From NCBI GenBank assembly GCA_017499595.2, contig CM039002.1, forward strand, positions 2,728,001 to 2,792,000: a stretch of DNA of 64,000 nt, written 5' to 3'. The DNA is from Psilocybe cubensis. Taxonomy: Eukaryota. The notes beneath the pieces were generated by a model. It ran no database searches. It worked only from the letters and a program-made list of their open reading frames with translations, and was not told where the DNA came from. Positions 24,884 to 38,120 of this stretch are shown piece by piece. The translations under genes and the position numbers were made by a program. Numbering within the stretch: the stretch's first letter is position 1; each line of letters begins with the position of its first letter.

Positions 24884-25730
24884 AATTTGCATCCATGCCC
24901 AAAGGTCTTATCGATCTAACACGTGGGTTAGGAGATCAATTGGAGTGGGTAGGAAGGGGGTACAATGAATGAGATTGAAGTTGGCGGTCGTAATCGAAGC
25001 ACAAAGGTGTCAATGGATTGTATGACTATGTCAGCTGGTATAGTCATTATTAGACCTTCAAAATTCTCTCTACCATTGTAACACTGACCATCTTCAGTAA
25101 TGCTCATAATTTTGTTCCACATTCATTGGCAGCTCGCAGAAACTTATCTGCATTCATAAACCCCTAAAATTCTTTATCTCTTCTTAGAAGAATGTGATAT
25201 CACAGAACCAATGTTCTCAAGTTAGGACTGGCGTATTCGTTCGCCAAGAATTTAGACGTGCTTATGACGATGAAATCGGCATTTTCGGCCATGGTTCAAC
25301 TTTTGACAAATTTGTCAACGGAAGCCTCTAGAAAATGCTCGCATCTATTCACATACGGCTGAAGCGGATCTTCTCTTCCGAATCAGAATGGTATTCGTGC
25401 GGCACAGAGAAGACATGCTAGGTATACATCCCTCTACATCCACGCCAAATGAGATGATTCTGACGACTGTAAACGATCACTGTGTATGGCAGGAATTATT
25501 GGCCGACGGCATTTCCGAGGACAAGACTCTCTAGAATTTGAATTCGCAATCATATCGGGATTAAAGCATTCCCAGCGTTTTCGATTCTCGATTACTGGAA
25601 CATGATCCGTTTATACTTAATACCCAGCGTCTTTGCCACTGTCTCGTCTACACCCCACTGACCGGACAGTCTCACAGACTCGTCACTGTGATATACCCAT
25701 CGATTCTCTATTACTCTCAAAACAGCCCTC

Positions 25731-27567
25731 ATGGACGGAATTAACGACATTCACGACGATGAACGAACACCGCTGCTGAACGAACAACGTTCTGCAAAAC
25801 AAAAGCGCACGCCCCTGCCAAAACTCCAAATTGGCATCGTTTTACTCCTGCAAATCTGCGAGCCAATTTGCAGTCAGTCAATATACCCCTACATTAACGA
25901 AGTGAGTGTGACGTCCTATAAACTCTTTGGACGTCTTTATCTGATTGCTCGTTAGCTTGTTAGCAAACTTGATATCACTGGCGGAGATGAACGACGGATT
26001 GGCTACTACGCTGGCCTCATAGTCTGTTTGATTTTCTTATAATGTTTTCATGCTGTCCTCATTTTTCTTTCGTTAGGAATCTCTTTTTTTCCTGACCGAA
26101 GCTATGACCGTCTTTCAATGGAGTAGGGTGTCCGACCGCATAGGTCGTAAACCCGTGCTCATAATCGGTATGATGGGGACCATTTTGTCAATGCTCTTCT
26201 TTGGCCTTTCTCGTACGTTTGCGACTCTGGTCATTAGGTATGGTCCGAAAAGTGTCAGCTGTTCTTTCCAACGTTTAACTTCTGTACATCCAGTCGGTGC
26301 TTGTGTGGTCTCCTGAATGGAAATATTGGTAGGTGACATCATTATGATTGTATTGATCCCCTCCATTAATATATTATAGGTGTCATGAAAAGCGCACTGG
26401 GTGAGCTTACGGATACTACGAATCGAGCGGATGCGTTTGCTCTCATGCCGGCTGTCTGGGCGCTTGGTGCAACCATGGGGTCAGTTTCATATTCGACTGA
26501 AGTGATAAATTGGTGCTGATAATAACTCACGCTAGCCCGCTCCTGGGTGGTACTTTGACGCGACCTGCTGATCATTTCCCGTCCGTTTTTACCGGTCAAT
26601 TCTGGAAAGAATATCCATATTTCCTCCCTTGCGTTGCTACTTCGTCTTTCGTCCTCGTGACGTTGTTTATTACCATTTTCTTCTTCAAGGAGGTAAAGTG
26701 TCATTAACTCTTTTTTTAATGCTAAATACTGAATATTGTATGGCAGACTGCCCCCAGATGGAGACAAATAGACGACAAGTCCAGAGCCTCCTCCGTTGAC
26801 TCGTCTTTGAGTAACTACAAGTATCACCCACACGCTGAAATCGCCTTCCGTGATCTTTTAACTTTCCCGGTAGTTATCTCAATTGCCAACTACGTCACTC
26901 TTGCCTTCTTGAATATCTCGGTAAACGCCTTGCTCCCTCTTTTCTTCCATATGCCAATCGAACTGGGCGGACTGGACCTTGATCCAGTGACCATCGGCTA
27001 CGTAATGGGACTTTATGGAGCAGGCACAGGACTTTTCCAGATTTTGTTTTTCGCCAAACTAGTCAGACGCTTCGGTACCCGACGTGTCTTTATCATGTCC
27101 ATGCTCTCCTTTATCCCGGTGTTCATGACCTTCCCAGTTGTAAGCTTAGTAGCGAAAAAGTGGTCTGTAAGCTGGGGAGTCTGGGTTTTGGTTACATTGA
27201 TCTTGCTTCTTCTCTTTTTCATGGATACCGCCTACGGTGAGTCCGAATATAGCTGACTAGTAATCATTATCCTGATGCAGGGAAATTTCTAGGTTGCATT
27301 TTCATGTACGTTACAGAATCAGCACCAAATCGTCGCTCTCTCGGTGCCACAAATGGCCTTGCTCAAACGACGGTATCGACTGCGCGTGCTATTGGACCTG
27401 CTTTGTCGACATCGTTGTTTTCGTTTTCCGTTCAACGTAACATCCTTGGAGGATACGGCGTGTACGCTGCATTCACCCTGTTTGCTTCGCTTGCGATTGT
27501 TCTAGCAGTACAACTGCCACAACAACTGTGGAATCGTGACGAGGATACTGGCAATAGTGACCAATGA
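25731..27567 (+). CDS. MFS transporter (Ycr023c/ZIFL-like), paralog 2
   Basis: ERTPLL, TPLPKLQ, SDRIGRKP, EYPYFLPC, SLGATNGLAQT; intron layout parallels paralog 1. Confidence 0.92.
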
Positions 27568-27739
27568 TATATTTATTTCAGCACTCTCAAAATTCAAATT
27601 CATCCCATTTTACTATCCTCCATATGTCTGAAGTTTTGGGTATACAATGTTCAATGCCCGGTTAATCCCATCCTCCTCTAGGTGTGTTGGCGCCGTAAAA
27701 CCGAAAGTTTTTAAAAATATGCCCTCGAATATATCAAGG

Positions 27740-29711
27740 TTAATCTGTCCAAACCTGTCGCGGAAGCATCGATCCTATGTAAAGCGCTATTCCCACGAGC
27801 GCGATGAGGACATAATAGACAAGAAAACCACCCAGGTAATGCTTGTCAAGCGAGAGGGAGAATAACGAACTCGCCGCAGCAGGCCCGATTGCCCGCACAA
27901 CGCTCACCATCATCTAGTTAATAACGTGTATACCCTTCAGTGGTTATGAAATGCTTCTATAAAGGATAACAGACCTGACTGATCCCATTGGTAGCTCCTA
28001 TTGAGGCCCGGTTAGGTGACGCGCTGGCGATGAAAATGAAAACCGCGCCTATCATGTCGGGTTCAGATGATCAGGTTTCCTGGTAAAGAGTATGAAAGAT
28101 TCGAACCGAAACAAAAGCATAAACCAATGGACAGAACGATCTGCAATCCAACTATAACCCAGAGGGTAGTGGTATAACCCTGCGTCCTTGAGAGGTAGCT
28201 GATACAAGGAAATGTTGCCAGTGCTGGTATTGCAAGCACCAAACCCCACAAGAATACGTTCCTCGGTCCCCAGCGATTGCTCACGCGAGCAAAGAAGAGA
28301 ACTTGTGCAGATCCGTTTAGCAGTCCAAAACAAGCCAATATGATCCCAATTGTGGACGGAGGCAAGCCTAATCCACCAAGATGGCGAGGAGTTGAGAAGA
28401 AGATAGGTTGGATGGTGCGAAATGAAATATCTACGAGCGATACAGAGGCATAGTTCCCAGCGGCAATAATAACGCGTGGTGTGAAAAGGGATCTAATCGG
28501 AAGTCGCGACTCGAATTTTGACTGTTTGTTACCGGAATGCGCTATTTTGTTATTGGACGCTGAAGTAGACCATTTATCGACAGTCGGTTGCAGTGTTGAT
28601 ATACCGAAGTATCGCCTCATGGGGATGGGACACGGGAGGGTTTCGTTGAGAAAGAAGAAGGTCACAACAAAAGCAATCAGCGAAAATGTCGCTGACACTG
28701 CGCATGGCAAAAAATAGGGGTATTCTTGCAGAAAAAGGTTGCCACCGAATACTTTTGGGAATCGTTTGACTGGTTGAACAAGCCATCCTCCAATCATCGG
28801 TCCTAACTATTTAGTATTGATAGATATGAATGTGTAGAAAGAGTTCAAACACAATTCCTGACTTACTGTTCCACCTGTATTCCAGGCAAGAGGCATAAAC
28901 GCATATGCCTAAACGATAAACTAAAATGTCAGATATCCAATATTATAGAAAGATGTCATTTTACTTTAGATATATTGGTTGAATCGGTTATCTCCACAAC
29001 CATACTATGTAGATGTAAGTGATGGAGATACATTGAGATTATATGACGGGGCATCTACCAACCTTTTCATAACACCAATATTCCCGTCTACATAAAATTA
29101 ATGAAACTCAAATTGACAGACGTAGAGAAATGTGAGCTCACTCAAAGCACCACTCATACTTCGACTACATGGCACGTTAGGATAGTTGCTTGAATCGCAT
29201 TGTTTGTGAGCGTACCTTAGGACCAAACCCCAGAAAGTTTTTGAAAGTCCGAAGCAATACATAGAAAGCGACAGTCCTAGCAACCCTGACATGATAACGG
29301 GCTTTCGGCCAATTTGGTCTGAGGTACGGCTCCAATATAGAACTGTACACGCCTCTGCCACAAAAAACAGAGATTGCTATTCCGATAACCATAAGAAAAA
29401 ATAGAACTCGCAAATGCGCCAGGCTTACCAGTAAACCGACGTAATATCCCACTCGGCTTTCCACTCCTTGAGTTACCCCCAGGTCGCGCACCAGCTTCAT
29501 AAAAAGGTATGAATATTGAATTGAAAACTTATCGCAGGGATGCACCGACGACCAATACCTGAGGAGTAAAGGGGGATATGACATTGGAAGTCAGTGGTTC
29601 TGCGAGTTGGAGCACAAGCAGAATAGAGAACTGAGGCCAAGGTAGAGGGGTTGATTGCTTGGTGGTTGACTCCGCCAGAAGAGGGGTTTCTTCATCGACA
29701 GTACGTTGCAT
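27740..29711 (-). CDS. MFS transporter (Ycr023c/ZIFL-like), paralog 3, convergent with paralog 2
   Basis: MQRTVDEETPLL, TPLPWPQ, SDQIGRKP, EYPYFLPC, SIGATNG; last exon MVSVVRAIGPAAASSLFS...QVWTD* with stop at 27740-27742. Confidence 0.9.
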
Positions 29712-30456
29712 TGAATGCCTGAGGGGAATAATGATTAAACAGAGGACTGTCCAGCTTTATACAGTGAATGGACGGACCGTTCTGACCGTTAGTTTGGCAT
29801 CGAGAACATCATAACAGAACTCGGACAGTTTGCCGATTCAATATCTGATGTGAAAATAGTGTCGCCTAGTAGCTGAGCGACGTAATCGCGTGTCTGAGTT
29901 CCTCGGGGCTTCCTTCAGTGTCCATGAAGGCAGATTTATGACTAAAGTGGGGAATTCGACGGGAGGCTTAATCCCGACAGCAACAGTTATATTTGGGTTA
30001 TCAGCGTAGTAGAAATGAAGATATCCATTTGGCCTATTGAACTCTGAATCAGTGGCCAAGGCTGCCAGCCAGTTCAATCACTACGTTGCACTTTGATATG
30101 TCAACTCACCAAAACGCATAGTATATTGACTTTGATTCGAGTAATAGTATTAATAAGAGTTGCAAGTTGACAATAAGCACAAGAAAGAGAAGATTTAGAA
30201 TTGTTTCTACTTTGAGGCTGTTAACTCCTGAGCAAGGAGGAATTACCGTTGTTGTCACGATGAACAGAGAGTGACTGTGTGACAGACACACATGACTCTG
30301 AATCGCGCGCCAGTATTCAGAACGCGACTGGAACGCGAAGTCTTCACGCGATCTGCAGCATTCCAAAATCACGAAATCAACAAATTTCTTTCTTTCTGTT
30401 CGTTCAGGCTTTCACGTACTCTTATAATTTTTGCGATTATACCAATCAAAATCAAA

Positions 30457-30663
30457 TCTCCGAAGTTCTACTTGAATCATGGCGCCCATTTTCTTATAAG
30501 CTAAAATCGTTCGAATGGAATCCTGCGAGATGAATAAAGTATGTGAGTGGGAGAAATAGAAGTATTGGCAGGGAAAAGAATTAAATCCGAGTAAAGGGTG
30601 AGATATTCGTGGTGACCAAGTCTCCGAAGTTCTACTTGAATCATGGCGCCCATTTTCTTATAA
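30457..30663 (+). repeat. Perfect 43-bp direct repeat (30457-30499 and 30621-30663)
   Basis: tctccgaagttctacttgaatcatggcgcccattttcttataa occurs twice, separated by 121 bp. Confidence 0.95.
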
Positions 30664-30737
30664 TTTGTAATTGTCTTGTTACTGCTGCCTCATACTATCA
30701 CTGTATCCTAAACTGCTACTATATCTCCAATTTTTTC

Positions 30738-31571
30738 CTAAGAGCTCTTGGCGGCTATCGTAGCGAGATGTCTGCGTAAAGCAGACTCGCGATTAAAAGC
30801 CCCTGTCCTGCCACAAGAGCATCCGTGATTGACACAGTGAAACTTTCCTGGTGAATGAACGGCAACATGCTTGATCATATCGTGAATCCTTTCAGCGGCA
30901 ACCTTTCCACACCTTATGCACACGTACTCCTTCAACGTTGGATATTTTGTGTGCACGATTCTCCGAATCTTTTGTTTCGCGAGCAAATTACGGTCAGATG
31001 GATCACACCTCACTTCCTTCCACTGAGTGTCGGGCTCCGCTACACAGTCGACAATACGGCCCTTGCTTCGCGTCGTTTTAGAGAGTCTTTCGAGATATAA
31101 AGACACAGCTGTGTCCTGCTCGTCTTCTAGTTTTCGCTTCAGTGGATTGCGTTCGTCTATCTGGTTCAAAAGAACGTCGTCCAGCAGTGCGAGGCGTTCG
31201 CTATCCTCCATATTAGTTATGGTACCAAGCACTGAGGTTGTAGCAAATTGCGCCCTTCTGTCGGTCTCTCTAACTGTATATCCATTTTCTTTCTCCTGTT
31301 GCTGTGGATTAACATTCGGTGGAGTTTCGTTTGGCTGAGATGAAGGTACACTGGGAGCTTCGGTCGTATAGTCGTCTAATAGCAAAGGGGTGAATATTGT
31401 TTTGCTAGAGATGCAGCTTTCGATCAAGCTACGACGCGCACTGGGACTACGGGTAGAGTTATTAATTAGCGTGCTCTTTTAGTAGCTTGAAGAACTAAAA
31501 GCATACCTCATAGCCCGTATCTCGTCTCTGATGGATTGAAAAATCCTGTCACGATCATTGGACGCAGGCAT
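30738..31571 (-). CDS. Zinc-finger protein ZF-4 (2 exons)
   Basis: TATA (minus strand) near 31622-31631; ATG at 31571 (MPASNDRDRIFQSIRDEIRAM); one intron ~31506-31448; then KRKLED NLS, CIRC...DMIKHVAVH and CVNHGCSC...FNRESALRRHL. Confidence 0.75.
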
Positions 31572-31851
31572 TGCGAAAAATGGAGGTCAATTCTGAAGGA
31601 TATGGCACACTGGCACGTTGGTTTATATATACTAGAATTACCCCATTCAATCGCAAAAACATTTTTGTCATAACATTGGGAAGACAATGAAAACAACTTA
31701 AAGTGTGGCCCAATGGTGGCTAGGAGAATGATCTCCGGCGATAATACCGAACTCTCTTGTGGCCTACGAACTCATAACGCAATGGGTAGTGGCCCAACTA
31801 TCGATTTCAATTTTGTCATGGCTACCGACTTTCCAACGGTTGTGTTAAGTC

Positions 31852-34845
31852 CTATAAATGGAATGAGCCTAGATTCACGTTTAAATGGGCCACAAACACC
31901 GCCATACGCGGTCTGCTATGGACATAATTTTCTGGAAATCTGCATATACATGAAAAACTCACAAAGAAATCCTGCTGACTACCGACAAGACTTCTCCAAA
32001 TTCGGTAAGTGATGATTTTAATGACTCCGCCACCAGAGACTTCAGCGCCTCCGGCGTTTTGTCCAATTGAGGAAATTATTTCCGGAAATGGATCCTCTAC
32101 ATGTACAATGACACTGGCCTTTCCACGTGATCTGACGGCTTCGTGATGAACGTTGCGGTTGGAAAGTTGATGGCGAAAATAATATTTTGTAAGTAAATTT
32201 GAGCAGCAGCATATCTCTTTGTTGTATAACGCCGTGATAGGATTGATGAGGTAGGCGTCAAGTTCATCCTGTTCGCGATCGGTGCGTACCATTTTGTCCT
32301 GTGACTCTGATTGGCATTGAATCCTTAGACCTTGAGGGACAAGGCTCAAATGTGCAGAGTGTCCGCAACGAGGTTGGGATGCATGCGGCTGAGAAAGATT
32401 CAATGCTTTTACTCAAAATGATATATAAACACAATATTGCACCTTCAATGAACTGAAGATTAAGTACGCAATGCGTGCTTCGTTTACCATCCGAACGAGT
32501 GTGGGGTAGAAAGAAAAATGCAATGGCGGTGCAGTGATGTCTATAAGAGCGCCTTTGAGACATGTCTCTAGTTCCTCGTGATGATTGGCGTGAAGAAGAA
32601 GAGGGGGCGTGCACTCGAGACTCCAGATTAAAAACCGAGCGTCTTGGTCATCGCGGGGGTTTCTGTAGAAAATTTATTCATTTAGACGATAAGAGTCAAG
32701 ATATGGGATGTTTCATGCTTACTTCAATAAACCACTGATTCTTTTCGAGAACCTAAGGGCAGCCCTTGCGTATTTATCTCCATCGATAAAATGCCTACCG
32801 GATCGTCCTTCGTCCTCTAGGTATTGACATAGTATTTCAATGTATGGCTCTGACTGACCGTGCCTCCGTACCATGTGCCGGATGTTGAGGGCGCTCTCGT
32901 CGATTTGAATGAGATGGTCCAGAGATTCATTGAGATCCAGAATAGAATCCTTGAAATACGGCACGGATTCCAAATCTGGTACAGTAACAGGAGAGTGGCA
33001 AATGGTAAGCATTGTCACCATGTCTTGCAATCTACCATCCCCAATGTACTTGTCGAACTCGGATTCCAGATACTCGTCGAAGATCTTCAAGTGGTAGTTA
33101 TATATGTCAATAGCGTCGTCGAAAATCTAGAATGTAAAACGTTAACGGGTATCTTGCGGGTATCAATATCACGGAGAGCGACATACTATAGAATTTTGCA
33201 CGCAATCAAGGAATGATGGTATAAAGTACCATATATCCTCCAATGTCATGAGCACCCCCTGCTGTGTACAGAGAGCTTTAGAGCGCGTCATGAACTCGCT
33301 GAGCCGAAAGCGACAAATGGCTTCGTGTAGCTGAACTGTGCCGGCCGCCAAATCAAGATGTCGTTCGAGATTGTAACACGCGTAGTCGATGAGAATTGGA
33401 ACCTCTTGATTGATGCTATAAGCCAATAAATTAAAGGGAGCATAGAAAACTCACCAAGCTTTTCAAGATGCAGAAGACAAGCAGTTGCGAGGTCTGCGTG
33501 CGCTTTCCCTGAATCGATGTACATGTCCCCTGATCGAGTTGGATCCAGTAGAAAATCGCCAAACGAATCATTTAGCATCTTCATTGGCATATGATGCTCC
33601 CTAAAGTCGATAATGGAGGACAGTCCACTCATGTGTAGCTGAACATCGCCAGCTTCCAAGCTCAGAAATTGCTCCACTAAACTGGGAGGCATTTTCAGAT
33701 CCACGAGAATAACCACGCTCAAGATGCGACGGGCACCATCTTGGTAAGGAATTAAAGAAAAAACATGTCCATATAATGAATCAAGACCAGCAAACGGTGG
33801 GTCACGAACATGATCAGAGAGGCCCAGTATCGCGTCTAACCTATGCGGAGGGCGATGATGAATAGAACTCACGTATTGAACAACTGTCGCAGCGTATGCA
33901 AACTGGCCCGATGACTTTCGAACCAAGGTCTCTACAGTATCTTCAGCTGGCCATGTAGAAGGAATAAGGAATCGCAAAGGATGATCCCTTTTAATCTGCT
34001 CGAACTGCTTCTGGATAAAAATACGAATATCATCATGGGAGCCAAGATAATCTTGCAAAGAAACCTGCTTAGATATGCGTTGCAGTAGTCCACTAGTAAA
34101 CCCTGTACGAATATGATCCTCGACGCGGCTGGTAATGAAGTATAGTAGAGGGAGATACGGCCGTCTGTGAAATTCCTGGCTGATTACGTCTAAGATGTAA
34201 CGCTGAGCCTTTGGGTCCAGGCATTCATCGAGGCCGTCAATAATGACAAGCTTTGGCCTAACCTGAGCTGTTTCGATTAAGGAAAGTGGATTGACGACCA
34301 ATTTCTGGTACTGTGTTTGGAATGCTCGATCAAACACGGATGGATCACCATGAATGACATGTTCAATGTGCGAGCGAGTCTCCGGAACGGATATAGCCAG
34401 TTGATAAGAAATTGTGGGTGAGAGACGCCTTTCGTGACATCGCTCAGCCGACAGTCTGGCAAAAAAGAAGGTTGCTGCTAATAGCCCAAGGTCTTGGTAT
34501 TTCTCTGCTAATGACTGTGCCAGTGCAGACTTCCCAGACCCAATCGAGCCGTAGAGCCACATGATGACGGTTTCTCTATTTGTTTGTCTGACCCAATCCA
34601 CGATTTCGGAGAGCAGAGCTCTTCGGGTCTCTGGGTGGCAGCGTGGTGGATTGAAACGCTCTCCAGAGTCGTGAAGGGCTCCAGATGCTATGTGCGAATG
34701 CAATGTGAAAAACTCTGGTAGATGTTAAGACTTGAAAATTTGTCGATATCACTCCATGACTCAACAACTCACCTTGTCCTGGCAAATTTGCCACCTGTGT
34801 GTAGGTTCCTCCAGTTATTACCAAGTTGCTTGAATTGGCGAACAT
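31852..34845 (-). CDS. NACHT-domain NLR-like protein (NWD2-like) with short N-terminal motif; 3' end uncertain (31852-32264)
   Basis: Exon 1 MFANSSNLVITGGTYTQV; then HDSGERFNPPRCHPETR, Walker A GSIGSGKS, Walker B LVIIDGLDE, ITSR and SSGQFAYAAT. ORFs 33169, 32719 and 31852 join via plausible GT-AG introns. Confidence 0.9.
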
Positions 34846-35167
34846 AGCTATGTCCTCCGAGTGACTGTGAATCCTGTCCTGTTAAGATACAGATAACACC
34901 TGTCCGTATCATAACGCACGACCAATGTACAGGTCTCCGTCTCGAGGCAGTGCAGTTTCCGCTCGAGCGTCGAACAAGTTCTCACGCTGTTGGTTTAGCA
35001 ATTAATAATAGACTTCAAGATGATCAATGGGCAGTATGATAATCCAGGTGAAAATTTGGTTTATTTTATCATGGAAATGTAACAGAGACATTTAAGCCAC
35101 TGCTAGTTACTCTTACTGAAGAAAAAAATATCCTCCATTGCGAACCTGCAAATCACTTTTCCTATGT

Positions 35168-37434
<2,267 letters not shown>

Positions 37435-38120
37435 GGTGGCAAGTAGAGCCCCGTGCTAAATTGAAACGAGAAAAACAACAAAGCAAAATGGGGAGTAAGA
37501 TATGTGTGGTGCAACTGGAACTTCACGTTGGTCGATTTATAAATGAGTAGAAGCCGGTACAAGCTCAATTCCTCATCATGGATCTGATGATATCTTCGCA
37601 ACTGGATAATTCCTAAAGATCCACATGATTAGGGAGAATGAAGCCTGATCAGAGAATACACTCAGTCAAGTACCTCGCATAAAAGTGTCGAGCTTCTAAA
37701 AAGGCATAGAAAAGGGTAAGTCAATACCTGACATGCGTCATGATCCGTTCTTCCTAAACTCCGACAACATACAATAGGTCTATGTCTAACTGGCGTGGTG
37801 AAAAAAATGCGATCTCGTGTCGCTCACGGTGCAAGTAGCCTCTATAATTATATTTTTGTTAGTAAAGAAGTTCAAACATATGTTACAATTCTCACCAGTG
37901 ATGTTTGTGGGAGTTGAAACACCTGGAATGGTTTGTCAGCATCATGGTTTGGAGCCTTGCGTTTAGTAGGAAGTTAGAGTGAATTATAGACGGTATTCAT
38001 TCTTAACGTAGGCGGAGACAAGTCGCGTGAAGAGTTGATCTCTTCTGAGTAAATCAATTGGCTTGATTTTTATTCAGAATTGATTACAAATGAATGAGAA
38101 CCTGCTTCATCGATGAGATT

